Part shown: piece by piece, positions 1 through 12,372 of the stretch
Position numbering within the stretch: position 1 is the first letter of the stretch
Layout of the letters: each line of letters starts with the position of its first letter
Assembly (NCBI RefSeq): GCF_009914755.1
Contig: NC_060938.1
Reading direction: 5' to 3' (one strand)
Length of the DNA: 64,000 bases
Source of the DNA: the human T2T-CHM13v2.0 reference genome, Homo sapiens
Notes under the pieces: model-generated
Database searches by the model: none
What the model was told of the DNA's origin: nothing
The model's input: the letters and a program-made list of their open reading frames with translations, nothing else
Translations under genes and position numbers: made by a program

Positions 1-95
1 GAACATTCCCACTTGATCACTACACATTTGATGCGCGTAACAGAATGTCATGGGTGCCCCATAGGTCTATATACCTATCAATGATAAAAAGGAAA
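1..95 (+). mobile_element. Old L1 (L1MA/MB-like) 3' end fragment
   Basis: ttgatcactacacatttgatgc...cccataggtctatatacctat...ataaaaa resembles the L1M 3'UTR terminus; by-eye match. Confidence 0.5.
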
Positions 96-1271
96 AAGTG
101 CCCTGGGACCCAGGCAGCCAATGACTCAGTGCTGGGCCTTGATCACAGCCACCACCTGGAGGGCGTTGGCCACAGGGGCCTGATGGGCTTGGCTGATGCA
201 AAGGTTGTGCTCTGGTCCCCAAACCTCCCCCTGAGCAGAGCAGGCCGGCCAGGGTCACCCCACCTCTCACATGAGAAGGAGTTGTTGATACGGAGGCAGC
301 CCCAGGCAGAGGGCAGACACCGCTGGGAGGGCCGGACCCCTACCCTGAAGTGCAGCCTTTGCAGGGATGAGCGGGACCCTCACAGACAGGGGAACCAGAG
401 CTGCAGGAACAGAGGCCTGGACATCAAGGAGCCAGAACTGGACAACAGGGACTCAGCAGGGGCCCAGGAGACAGAATGGGCAAACAGAAGGAACAAAGGA
501 GGGGAGGAGTCTGCACTAAGGGTGCTGGGGAGAGTTTGGGACAGAGGGAGCCACAAGATCGAAGACTTCCTGGAGGAGGTGGCACCCATCACAGGGAGGC
601 CAGAGGAGCAGAAGGGGCAAAGGACAGACAGGAGGCTGGGAATGGATCCCAAGGGAGTGAGCCACAGGCAGGCCCCAGCACCAGTGAGGTCTGATTGCAG
701 GAGCCACTGCAGGAGTCAGGAGAGAGACGAGGCCCGGCTGAGGCAGGAGGATGCAGGGGAGGGGGTGGGAGGGAGGGAAGAGCCTGGAGGAGGCAGCGTC
801 CACTGGGGACAGTGACCAGGAGGCAGGCCCAGGGAAGGTCCCTCTCATTCATGAGGGTTTCAGGCCAGGAGACCCTACCTCCCTAAGCTCCACATGAAGC
901 TGGGTCTGACACAGCCCCTCCCCTAGCAGGCAGGGGGCAAGGGGACAGCGGGGTCCCTGTCCAGAAGTCACCCAGGCCTACTGCTAGCTGGACTTGAGGC
1001 CTCTGTGTCCCCAGCAGGCAGACATGTGCTTGGGTCGGGGTGGAGCCTGCCTGAGCAGATATCCCCAGCCTACTCCATCCTTCTGGGCCTCCCGAGGCCA
1101 CAGGAGACACGACAGGTACCAAGTCCAGGGATGGGAGGGGTTTGGGACCCAGCACTGCCCCAGGTTGTGGCCCTGAGCAAGACATCAGGGCTCTGAGCCT
1201 CAGTGGCCCTCCCTGGGGTCAAGCAACTCTCATCTGCTTGGGCCCAAGTCCCACTGTGGTGCCCACAGCCC

Positions 1272-1317
1272 TCCAAGGGACAGTGTCTTCCAAGGGACAG
1301 TGTCTTCCAAGGGACAG
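1272..1317. repeat. 17-bp tandem repeat, ~2.7 copies
   Basis: (tccaagggacagtgtct)x2 followed by tccaagggacag, seen directly. Confidence 0.9.
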
Positions 1318-2509
1318 AGGGGCAGGGAATACAGGGTCCACTCCTCTCCCTCCCTTCCTCCTGCCCCACACCCTACCTGGGCGGCCACAGCCGCCCTGTC
1401 TCAGGCCCACAGTCCACACAGGACCCCCTTCTCTCATCTGCCCAAGGTGACCAGACCCCAGGAACAGGGTCACCTCTGCCTACTCCTAAGAGCACCTCAG
1501 GTCCCCAAGCAGGGCCAGGGCGCACCTGCTCTCCATCCCTGGCACACAGGCCCTGGCCTGCACACACAGGTGGTCCCCAGCTCTGTCCCTTCAGGTTCAT
1601 TACAGGGGACCCTAATCCTCTAGGCCAGCAGTGGGGGTGTTGCCATGCCCCCAACCCAGCAAGAAATGTGAGACCAGGACAGGCCATCCGGTCCCTGGGT
1701 AGAGGGCCTGCCTGGATGGCCTTCCCTCCCGCACCTGCCCCACTGCTGACTCACCTGGAAGGATCCAGAAGCATTGGTGGGAGGGCCTGGGGCCCCCAGG
1801 AGTTGGAGGGAAGGGGCCCAAGAGAGTGCCCGGAGTTGTTAGACTTAAGTGCTTAGCGTTTGTGGAGGGGATGGGACAGGGCCCTAACAGGGAGGGGTGG
1901 GGGGAACTTCTAGAGGGTACAGGGGCAGCAGGGCCAGGCGGCCCCGTGGGCAGGGACATAAGACTAAATTGCTACAAGTCAAAATGCGACCAGTCAACCC
2001 TGGACAAGTCCTTGCTCAAAATGCTGAGTGTTTGTGAGAGAGAGGAGGGGGAATGAGGTCCTATGGGGAGGGGAGGAGGGGGGGACCTTCTAGAGGGCAC
2101 AGGGCGGGATGGCCGGGCGGCCTCATGTGCAGGGACCTGGCATATAGAAGGCTGCCATGAGTTGCAGGACTGACTAGGGATTAACCCTAGACAGGGCCCG
2201 GATGGAACAAGTGACGAGCATCTCTGAGGTCAGAGGTGGGGAGGGCTGCAGGCCTGGGGTCCACTAGGTCCTGGGGCACAGGGGAGGATGGAGGCCCGGG
2301 GTCCCTGAGGCCTCTCCTGCAGATGCCGTGGAGTGGCCGGCCCTGTAGACCAAAAGGTGTTGTGGATGGTCATGGAGCGGAGAGGGGTGATGAGATCCCT
2401 GGGTGCAAGCAGGTCAGGACAGGGGAGGCGGAGCCAGGTCTGTGCCCACAATGGGGGTTCCTGGAGCCGCTGCTGGGAGCAAGTCCCCCTTACTGAGTCT
2501 ACCTGCCAT

Positions 2510-2570
2510 GACAGATGGGGATACTGAGGCTCAGAGAGAGGCAGAGGTTTGCTGAGGGTCACAGCCATCA
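2510..2570 (-). mobile_element. MIR SINE fragment
   Basis: cagatggggatactgaggctcagagagaggcagaggtttgctgagggtcacagc matches the reverse-complement MIR core. Confidence 0.6.
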
Positions 2571-4483
2571 GGAAGGGGCAGGAGCCATGGAGGGTACAGG
2601 AAGGAAGGAGAGAGGTGGGGAGAGCCTCACGGGAGACCACAAGGACTCTGCTGCCACCATAGCCCAGAGCCAGCCCCTGTCCCAGGAGGACAACTGTGCT
2701 ATGGGCCAGCCCCAGGGGAGTCTGTGTCCCCCAGGCAGAGCTCCAGAATCTTGGAGCCACCTGGCTGGCCTGAGCCCCAGGTCACAGCCACAGCCAAGGT
2801 CATCCCATATCTTCCCTTCACCAGGACTGAGGACCGCGATCCCTGCTGGAGGGGCCCTGGCTGCGGTAGGCTCCCTGGCAGGGGTCTGGACACATCAGAC
2901 ATTCTTCACACACCTGAGGTCCCCGGAGGGAAAGACCAAGCCCCAGACCCGTCCTCTCTCCTGACCTGACCCAGGGGAGGGGCAACCGAGATCCCTGCAG
3001 GGAGGGACAGCACAGACCTGGAGCAGACAGGGGAGCTGGGAACTAGCGAGGGGCCCCTGGGCAGGTCCCCCAGGAGGGCCAGAGAGGGGCAGTAATCAGA
3101 GGAAGACGGCTGCGATGGAACCAGGCTCAGAGAGAGCACCTGAGAGCAGGCAGCGCCTCTGCCCACCCGGCCCGGGGATGACGGCGCAGGACAGACACCT
3201 GGGGGGCTCCAGCTGTGATCCAGATCCAGACCTGGACGGCCCAGGAGGATGGAGGCAGAGCCCGGGCCCACAGATCTGCAGACTCAGGCACCTGCAGGGC
3301 AAGTCCTCAGAAGATGAACAGTCCCCTGTCCCAGACACACATTGTCCTGGACACCAAAGCGGGACCCCCAGATACAGGAGTGGACCAGGAAGCGTCCCAG
3401 GAACTGCCCTGTGCTCGGGCCCTGGACTGAGACCACAGGGGTCCAGGCGGTGCGAGGTGGGAGAGACTGAGGAGTCCCGGGTCCTTGAGCGAGGAGACGG
3501 GCGCCGTGTCAAGAAAACAGCCCCCCAAACCCCTGGCCCTGGCCCAGGCGTGGGAAGCATCCGAGAGTCATCAGGGAGAGTTTCCGACCGCCCAGGATAC
3601 CAGGATGCAGTTGGCTCAGGTGGGAGCAGACAGGGCTTCTTGCCTCAGCCAGGTGAGGCTCAGGTGGGCCAAAGGAGAGGGCCCAGGAAGTAGGGGGACA
3701 GCAGGGGCTCTCCCAACACAGAGCCGCGATCTCACCCCAGCAGGACGCAGGTGCCAGTGCAGGAGGGGTGGGCATCAGGACGTCAGAAAACTCGCCGGGG
3801 GCATAGGTCACGGGAGGTCATTCACACAAGCAAGGCACAGAAGATTCTAGTGCAAACCACACCACAGCCAAGCACCCACCCCTGGCAGAGGAACCTCTGG
3901 GGTGGAAGAGCTTGTCCCCCACTCCAGCAGGGAGCAGCCCCTCCACTCCCGGGAGCTCCCTGCCTCCAGGTACAGCCCCTGCCACTGCTCCCTGGGCTGC
4001 GGTGTGCTCAGCACCTGGCCCTGCCCTCTTGGAGCAGATGGCACCCAGAGCCTATTCAGACACCCCGGGTCCCCTCTCCCTCTACTGGGCTCAGGGCCCA
4101 GAGAAGGGAGAAACCAGGGTGCGGATTGAGGGACTCCACCTTGGGCCTGGAGCAAAACAGGACAAAGAGCCCTGGGGTGGCAGAAATGGGCTGGGGAGGA
4201 GGCCTCTGGGCCAGGGAGGGGCTCTGCCTCCCACGTGCTGGGTTTTCTGGGAGCCTCCCAGGGCAGGAGGCCAAGGCCTAGGCCTGCTTTAACATTTGAG
4301 GGGGGCAGGCTCCTTGGCCTGGGTCTCCGCAGTGCATTTGGGCAGCAAGACCAAGAGTGGCAACCACCAAGGCACCGTCAGGGAGCCCAGCCAGGCTCTG
4401 GGGCTTCGCTCCTTATCCCCCTCCCCCGGCCAGGATTAGGCGCTGCCAGGCTCACCTGCCGGCCTGAGTGAGTCCAGCCGAGA

Positions 4484-4665
4484 GGGCTGGGAGGCCGGAG
4501 GGCAGGGCTGGGAGGCAGGAGGCTGGGGTTAGGAGGCTGGAGAGTGGGGCTGGGCAGCAGAAGGGTGGGGCTGGGAGGCAGGAGGGTGGGGCTGGGAGGG
4601 TGGTGGGTGGGGCTGGGCAGCAGGAGGGCAGGGCTGGGCAGCAGGAGGGCAGGGCTGGGAAGGCA
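4484..4665. repeat. G-rich 21-bp minisatellite (~8.5 copies), G-quadruplex prone
   Basis: Unit ~gggctgggaggcaggagggca; the overlapping spurious ORFs show 7-aa periodicity (PSPALLL). Confidence 0.85.
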
Positions 4666-5987
4666 GCCAGCTCCAGGGCCCCCTGCCTGTGCCAGGCCCA
4701 GTGGGAGCAGCAGGGGGATGGGCAGCCCCTCCCATAGGTGCCAGGGCTTGGTGAGGCTGGGGCAGATGGGGACCATCCCGGCACAGGCCATCCCCCAGGC
4801 CCCTCCCTTCAGGTGCCTTCACTCCTTCTGAACCTGAAGCCTCCCGCAACACCAGCCTCCTAAAATCTTGCTTCCGGGGGCCACACTCAGAGACTCCATA
4901 TCCCTCCCCACTGACCGGACCTCAGGTGCTGACCCCTGGGGACCGGGTCCCCCGGATCAGAAGGCACTGAGGCGCGGAGTGTGGCAGGAACCGCTGAGGT
5001 TCCCCTACTGTCAGCATCACAGCTGGGCCCCTGGATTGAGCACAGTGGGTGTCCTGGCCCTGTGCCCAGCCTGCCCAGAGCCTCCCCTTTCCTCCTCACC
5101 TGCACCCCCTGGAGCAGCAATATCACCACTCACATTACTCAGAGGAGAGGAGCCGAGGCCGAGAGGCTGAGGACCTGTCTCGGGTCTCAAGTTCGGAGCT
5201 GGCAGCCAATGCCCCAGCGCCCCCAGCAGCCCGGCCCACTCTCTCCAGACTCCCTGCCCGGTAGAAGAGCACATGGGGCCAGCTCCCCTTTGCGGTTCCA
5301 GGAGGCTCCTGTGGTGCATACTTGCTCAAAGTGACCTCACAAGCTCAGTCTGATGCAGTAATCCCACTGCTAGGAAGATAGTGCTTTAGGTAAAATCTTT
5401 TGGTTGCCTGTGCTAGACAATCCAACTTTAAAAGGTCTTTGGAGAAAGAAGACATAGTGGGGCATCTTAGTGGTGCGTTTAGATGAACATCCCAGGACAG
5501 CTTCAGGTAGGGCTGGATCCAGGGCCCTACCACATTCACCAGATCCCCAGTGCCGTCATTCTAGGGGCTGCTGTGCTGACAAGCTGTCTGTGTGCAGCTC
5601 CAGCAAGAGGATGCCTCTGTCATGCAGGCCTCCCTGATCCTGTCTAACCTTCGCTGTGGCTCTTGGGAACCCAAGGTCCTGCCAGGGCAGACTCTTTCCT
5701 TTCCCTCAAAGTGTCCTGTGTCCTGGGTGAGGCTGAGGTGCTGCCTTTACTAACAGGCTCTCAGGGACGTGGATGTCTCTGATCCTGAAGTAGCAAGGCT
5801 CTGCCACCCCCAGGGGCCTGTGACCCAGGCCTGGCCATGTTAAATGTTTGTCTAATCATGGAATGGAACTGATGTCTCAGGTGAACTGAAGGATGATATA
5901 AAATGACGGGAATCTCTTTTTCCTTCCAGGATAACTGATGCTTTCAGTAGGAGGTCCTCTCCCTACTCTCTTTTTCTCTATACATTC

Positions 5988-6500
5988 TGTTGGGAACAGG
6001 CCCCCCAAAATCTGGCCATAAACTGGCCCCAAAACTTTCCATAAACAAAATCTCTGCAGCACTGTGACAGGTTCATGATGGCCATGACGCCCACGCTGGA
6101 AGGTTGTGGGTTTACTGGAATGAGGGCAAGGAACACCTGGCCCACCCAGGGCGGAAAACCGCTCAAAGGCCTTCTTAAACCACAAGCAATAGCATGAGTG
6201 ATCTGTGCCTTAAGGACATGCTCCTGCTGCAGATAACTAGCCCAACCCATCCCTTTATTTGGGCCCATCCCTTCATTTCCCATAAGGGATACTTTTAGTT
6301 AATCTAACATCTGTAGAAACAATGCTAATGACTGGCTTGCTGTTGATAAATACGTGGGTAAATCTCTGTTCGAGGCTCTCAGCTCTGAAGGCTGTGAGAC
6401 CCCTGATTTCCCACTTCACACCTCTATATTTCTGTGTGTGTGTCTTTAATTCCTCTAGCGCTGCTGGGTTAGGGTGTCCCTGACCGAGCTGGTCTCGGCA
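5988..6500 (+). mobile_element. 5' LTR (MER9-type)
   Basis: TG...CA termini, direct repeat of 10958-11475, followed by the PBS. Confidence 0.93.
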
Positions 6501-6651
6501 AGTGGCGTCCATTCGTGGGGGCTCGAATCCAGGTCAAAGGGTCGCCGGAGCGATGGTTGGAGAACGTGGAACTAAGCTGGAGGACACCAAGTACTCTTAA
6601 AGCAGTCCCCGTGGTGAGTAAGAAGGGGAGCTCAGAAGCATCAGGGTAACA

Positions 6652-8055
6652 ATGGGGCAGGTGTGGGGTGTGGTTCGTTCCACTGTGGAACTTCTTCACA
6701 CTGGTAATGAGGAGGAAGGAGAGTATAATGAAGTAACAGAAGAGTTTACAGAGTAGGTTTATTTGCCAGCTAAAGCTAAAGCGGCAAAGGAGGGAGAGGT
6801 TCATCCCTACCCTTCTGCACCCCCTCCTTATTATTTTGAAGAAAAAGACCCTCCAGATCTTTCTTTTCCAGAGGACACTGGGCGAAAAGTAGTTGCCCCA
6901 GTGACAGTTTGAGCAGCGCCTCGAGCGACCGCTCTTAGTTCTATTCAGGCAGGAATTCAGCAAGCTAGATGAGAGGGTGATTTAGAGGCTTGGCAGTTCC
7001 GTTACAATACACCCCCGGATCAACAGGGAAATATTATAGCTACATTTGAGCCTTTTCCTTTTAAATTACTCAAAGATTTTAAACAAGCTATAAATCAGTA
7101 TGGACCAGGTTCTCCTTTTGTAATGGGACTGTTAAAGAATGTTGCTGTTTCCAGTCAGATGATTCCTACTGACTGGGACGCTCTTACTCGAGCTTGTCTG
7201 ACTCCTGCTCAGTTCTTACAGTTTAAAACTTGGTGGGCAGATGAAGCTTCCATTCAGGCTGCTCACAATGCCCAGGCCCAACCTCGAATTAATATAACTG
7301 CAGACCAGCTTTTGGGGGTTGGCGGCTGGGCTGGTTTAGATGCCCAAGTGGTCAGGCAGGATGATGCCATAGAACAGCTTAGGGGAGTGTGCATTAGAGC
7401 TGGGGGAAAAAATCACTTCAAGCGGAGAACAATACCCTTCCTTTAGTGCAGTAAAACAGGGACCCAAAGAACCATATGTTGATTTTATAGCTCGGTTACA
7501 GGAGTCTCTTAAAAAGGTGACTGCAGATTCGGCTGCTCAGGAGATAGTGCTGCAGTTATTAGCTTTTGACAATGCTAATCCCGATTGCCAGGCTGCTCTG
7601 CGACCTATTAGAGGGAAAGCACATTTAGTTGATTATATCAAGGCCTGTGATGCTATCAGAGGTAATCTGCATAAAGCTACTTTGTTGGCACAGGCAATGG
7701 CAGGATTGAGAGTGGAGAAAGGAAATGCTCCATTTCCTGGAGCTTGTTTTAACTGTGGGAAGCATGTTCTGTTGGGTCATACTAAAAAATAGTGTAGAAA
7801 AAAGTCAGCGAGTCAGGCTGCCAGATAGGGAAGAAAGAAAACTGCTGAGCCTGAAATACGTCCAAAATATAAAAAAGGAAAACACTGGGCTAATCGGTGT
7901 CACTCTAAGTTTGATAAAGATAGGAACCCGATTTTGGGAAACACCATGAGGGGCCTGTCCCGGGCCCCATTCCAAACCGGGGCATTTCCAGCTCAGGCCA
8001 TTCCCTCAACCCTGTACAATGTCTGTCCCCCGCCACAGCCGGTAGTGCCGCAGTA
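6652..8055 (+). pseudogene. HML-3 gag remnant (stops, frameshifts, shortened)
   Basis: ATG at about 6652 (MGQVW); capsid fragments in ORFs 7123-7446 (DWDALTRACLTPAQFLQFKTWW) and 7517-7792 (NANPDCQAALRPIRGK, CFNCGK zinc knuckle). Confidence 0.85.
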
Positions 8056-8850
8056 GATTTATGCTGCACAAAAGCTGTGAGGCTTCTGCCTGGGGAACCC
8101 CCGCAAAAGGTCCCAACAGGAGTCTGTGGACCCTTGCCAGCGGGGACAATAGGATTAGTTTTAGGAAGGTCTAGTTTAAGTTTAAAAGGGGACAAATACA
8201 TACAGGAGTCATTGATTCAGGTTACGATGGGGAAATTCAAATTGTTATATCTACTTCTGTTCCCTGGAAACCAGAGCCAGGAGAGCGCATAGCACGGCTC
8301 CTGATCGTGCCATATGTGGGAATGGGAAAAAGTGAAATTAAATAAACAGGAGGATTTGGAAGCACAAATAAACAAGGCAAAGCAGCTTATTGGGTGAATC
8401 AAATTACTGATAAACATCCTACCTGTGAAATAACTATTCAGGGAAAGAAATTTAAAGGTTTGATAGATACATGAGCGGATGTTTCCATCATTTATCTACA
8501 GCACTGGCCGTCGACGTGGCCAATTCAACCTGCTCAATTTAACATAGTTGGAGTTGGTGAATCCCCCGAAGTATTTCAAAGTAGTTATATTTTGCACTGT
8601 GAAGGGCCCAATGGACAGCCTGGCACTATTCAACCAATTATAACTTCTGTACCTGTAAATATATGGGGGAGAGATTTATTACAACAGTGGGGAGCACAAG
8701 TTCTAATTCCAGAACAATTATATAGCCCTCAGAATCAACATATGATGCGTGAAATGGGGCATGTCCCTGGTATGGGACTAGAACAAAAAATTTGCAAGGT
8801 TTGAAAAAACCGCTTCAAGCAGAAAGACAAAGTTCCTGCCAAAGATTGGG
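8050..8850 (+). pseudogene. HML-3 pro remnant (dUTPase, protease, G-patch)
   Basis: LLPGEPPQKVPTGVCGPLPAGTIGLVLGRSSL (dUTPase); protease DTG mutated to D-T-stop (TGA 8472-8474); NIWGRDLLQQWG; MGHVPGMGL. Confidence 0.88.
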
Positions 8851-8859
8851 ATGTCATTT

Positions 8860-9850
8860 TTGATGGTGGCCGTTGTTAAGCCTCCAGAACCTATACCTTT
8901 AAAACGGTTAACAGATAAGCCAATTTGGATAGAACAATGGCCGCTAAGTAAAGAGAAGCTGGAGGCTTTAGAGAAATTAGTTACTGAACAGTTAGAAAAT
9001 GGGCACATAGCTCCAACATTTTCCTCTTGGAATTCTCCAGTTTTCATAAAAATAAAAAGTCAGGTAAATGGGGAATGTTAACTGACTTAAGAGCCATCAG
9101 TTCAGTTATACAACCTATGGGAGCATTGCAGCCTGGCTTGCCTTCTCCTGCTATAATTCCAAAAAACTGGCCTTTAATAGTTATAGATTTAAAATACTGT
9201 TTCTTTACTATACCTTTAGCTGAGCAAGGCTGTGAATGGTTTGCATTTACAATTCCTACGGTAAACAACCTGCAGCCTGCTAAGAGTTTTCATTGTTTTA
9301 GAGATGGGTCTAGTAATGGTAAAGCTTCTTATTCTGGATCAAAAAGTAAAGTTTTCCAGACGTCCTATACTTCAGCTCAAAAAGCGGAGCTTGTAGCTGT
9401 AATTGAGGTGTTGACTGCTTTCGATATGCCTATTAATGTGGTTTCTGATTCTTCATACTTGGTTCATTCCACACAGTTAACTAAAAATGCTCAGTTACTA
9501 TATCATACAGATAAACAACTGATGACAAAGACAAAAAAGGAGGAGAAACAGGGATTATGGGACAGCCCATACACAATTGAACCTAGCATTATTAACTTTA
9601 AATTTTTTGAGCCTGCCCAAAGGCCAGATGTTATCAGCAGCTGAACAGCATCTACAGAAACCAGCTGCAAAGACAGAAGCAGAACAACTGGTTTGGTGGA
9701 GAGATCCAATAACAAAAAGTTGGAAAATAGGTAAAATAATAACTTGGGGTAGAGGTTGTGCTTGTGTTTCTCCAGGACCGAATCAACAGCCGATTTGGAT
9801 ACCATCAAGACACCTGAAACCTTATCATGAGCCAGATGATGAGGAAGAGA
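8860..9850 (+). pseudogene. HML-3 pol remnant with large deletions
   Basis: [38 protein letters not shown] (RT N-terminus) fused directly to RNase H ([17 protein letters not shown]); integrase C-terminus (VWWRDP, IITWGRG). Confidence 0.88.
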
Positions 9851-10943
9851 TTCTGGGAGGATCCCGAGGACCCCCTGGTTGCAGCCATGTTGAGGCTGAC
9901 GCTGAGGAGGACCCCAACTGTCACAAGCAACACCTGCTGAACACAGCCACCCACCTGGGGACAGACCAAGAAGCTGTCACAGATGGCAGAAGAAAACCTG
10001 AGGAAAGTGGGACAACCAGTAACAATGAGTAATTTAATGGTAGCTATGATAGCGATGATCACCATTGCCATGAGTATTCCTTCAATAAGGGCTGACACAG
10101 AGAACAATTATACTTATTGGGCATATTTATCAATCTTGGCTGGCAATAATGCCTGAACGTAATCACTCTATGACGCAGTTACACATGCTTTCTGATCTTG
10201 GTATTTACCATAATAAATCTGCTCCTATAATTGAGGCATACCGTCCTCAAAAACCTATTTGTAAACAAAATAGAACCTGGCCAGAAATAATGAACATACT
10301 TGTTTAGGAAGACCGCATTGCAGAACAGGCAGAGGTGCTGCGCAGAGATTCCTATGGAATCATTATGGACTGGTCCCCTAAGGGGATGTTTAGCTTAAAT
10401 CGCACCTCTCAGTCTGCGTGCCACAACCACACTATGTTCAGCTGATCTGAACAAAATGATCAGATGGCAGAAATGATAAAACATATGACAAGAGTTCCTA
10501 TTATCTGGAACCATGGCAGTATAGTGGCACCTCAACCTCAAATGATATGGCTCGTTGTAGGAGCTAAACATAAGGATTTGTGGAAACTATTAATAGCTCT
10601 TAATAAGATCGAAATTTGGGAAAGAATAAAAAAGCATCGAGAAGGACACCCTACAAACTTGTTTTTGGATATTGCAAAATTAAAAGAACAAATATTTAAA
10701 GCATCCCAGGCACACCTGACGTTAATGCCAGGAACTGGAGTGCTTGAAGGAGCTGCAGACAGATGAAAAGCTAGTAACCCATTCAAATGGATAAAAACAC
10801 TTGGAAGCTCTGTGATTTCAATGATGATTATGCTTTTAATCTGTGTTGTTTGTCTTTGTATAGTCTGCAGACGCGGATCCTGACTCCCGCGAGAAGTAGC
10901 TCACCGTGACAAAGCTGCCTTTGCTTTTATCACTTTGCAAATC
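9850..10943 (+). pseudogene. HML-3 env remnant (deleted, multiple stops)
   Basis: NYTYWAY-like motif near 10105; TM-like LDIAKLKEQIFKASQAHL in ORF 10464-10766. Confidence 0.8.
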
Positions 10944-10957
10944 AAAGAAGGGGGACA

Positions 10958-11475
10958 TGTTGGGAACAGACACCCCCCTCCCAAAATCTGGCCATAAACT
11001 GGCCCAAAACTCTCCATAAACAAAATCTCTGCAGCACTGTGACATGTTCATGATGGCCATGATGCCCCCGCTGGAAGGTTGTGGTTTTACTGGAATGAGG
11101 GCAAGGAACACCTGGCCCACCCAGGGCAGAAAACCACTCAAAGGCGTTCTTAAACCACAAACAATAGCATGAGTGATCTGTGCCTTAAGGACATGCTCCT
11201 GCTGCAGATAACTAGCCCAACCCATCCCTTTATTTGGGCCCATCCCTTCGTTTCCCATAAGGGATACTTTTAATTAATCTAACATCTATAGAAACAATGC
11301 TAATGACTGGCTTGCTGTTAATAGATACGTGGGTAAATCTCTGTTCAAGGCTCTCAGCTCTGAAGGCTGTGAGACCCCTGATTTCCCACTTCACACCTCT
11401 ATATTTCTGTGTGTGTGTCTTTAATTCCTCTAGCGCTGCTGGGTTAGGGTCTCCCCAGCTGAGCTGGTCTCGGCA
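10958..11475 (+). mobile_element. 3' LTR (MER9-type)
   Basis: Follows the PPT, ends CTCGGCA, then the TSD CATTC. Confidence 0.93.
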
Positions 11476-11739
11476 CATTCAATGTGTTTACAGAGTGAAA
11501 TGATACCCATAACTGACATTACTTTTCTCGTGGCTACAGATGGTATTTTCCCTGGAAATCTTCCTCCAGCTTTGGGAGTGGTCTCAAGTGTGGGGGCATC
11601 AGAATTGCTTGGGGTGCCTGGGAAAACACAGATCCAGGCTGTAGATTGTATTAGCTCATGGATGATTTGATTCACCACAAGGTCTGAGAAGCATTTGCTC
11701 TACAATGTTATTTTTTAAATTATTTCACTATAATTGTTG

Positions 11740-12372
11740 ATTTTTGTTTTTGTTGTTTGAGACAGGGTCTCACTGTCACCCAGGCTGGAGTGCAGTGGTG
11801 CAGTCATGGCTCGCTTCTGCCTTGAACCTCTGGGCTCAAGGGATCCTCCTCTCTCAGCCTCCCAAGTACCTGGGACTACAGGTCTGTATCACCACACCCG
11901 GCTGAGTTTTTTAGTTTTGTAGAGATGGGGTTTAACTATGTTGCCCAGGCTGTTCTCGAACACCTAGGGTCAAGCAATCCCCCTGCCTCGGCCTTCCAAA
12001 GTGCTGGGATTATAGGCATGAGCCGCTGTGCGTGGCAGATAGTTTGATTTTTCATTTGCCATTGAAGTCATTTTACCTCATGGTTTTGAAATAATTTTTG
12101 GTCGTCTTAGCAGTTTAAAAATATTGTTTTGTTTTTTCTCCTGAGTTTGGAGCATTCCTGTTACTAATTGCTTTTTTTTTTTTTTTTTTTTTTGACAGGT
12201 GTACACTACCACATCCAGCTAATTTTTGTACTTTTTTATTTATTTATTTTTGGTAGAGATAGGGTCTTGCTATGGTACCCAGGCTGGTCTTCAACTCCTG
12301 GGCTCAAGCAGTCCTCCTGCATCAGCCTCCCAAAGTGCTGGAATTACAGGCACAAGGCAGCACGCCTAGCCC
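11740..12372 (-). mobile_element. Two old Alu elements (AluJ-like ~11758-12036; partial ~12172-12372)
   Basis: Reverse-complement Alu motifs with T-rich tails. Confidence 0.85.

Larger units (their letters stand above)
5988..11475 (+). mobile_element. HERV-K(HML-3)/HERVK9 provirus, internally deleted (5.49 kb)
   Basis: Two near-identical LTRs (TGTTGGGAAC...CTCGGCA), TSD CATTC at 5983-5987 and 11476-11480, PBS-like tggcgtccattcgtgggggctcga at 6503, PPT aaagaagggggaca at 10944-10957, and betaretroviral gag/dUTPase/pro/pol/env remnants. Confidence 0.93.

Noticed and set aside
45-5334. Many 100-256 aa ORFs on both strands
   Set aside because: Overlapping, Pro/Gly/Arg-rich and without recognisable domains; expected by chance in GC-rich DNA
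6503-6526. tRNA-like sequences here and at 24956-24973 and 32693-32715
   Set aside because: These are retroviral primer-binding sites complementary to tRNA 3' ends, not tRNA genes
9850-10943. Possible co-opted env ORF in the HML-3 provirus
   Set aside because: Multiple stops and large deletions; the longest env-derived piece is about 100 aa
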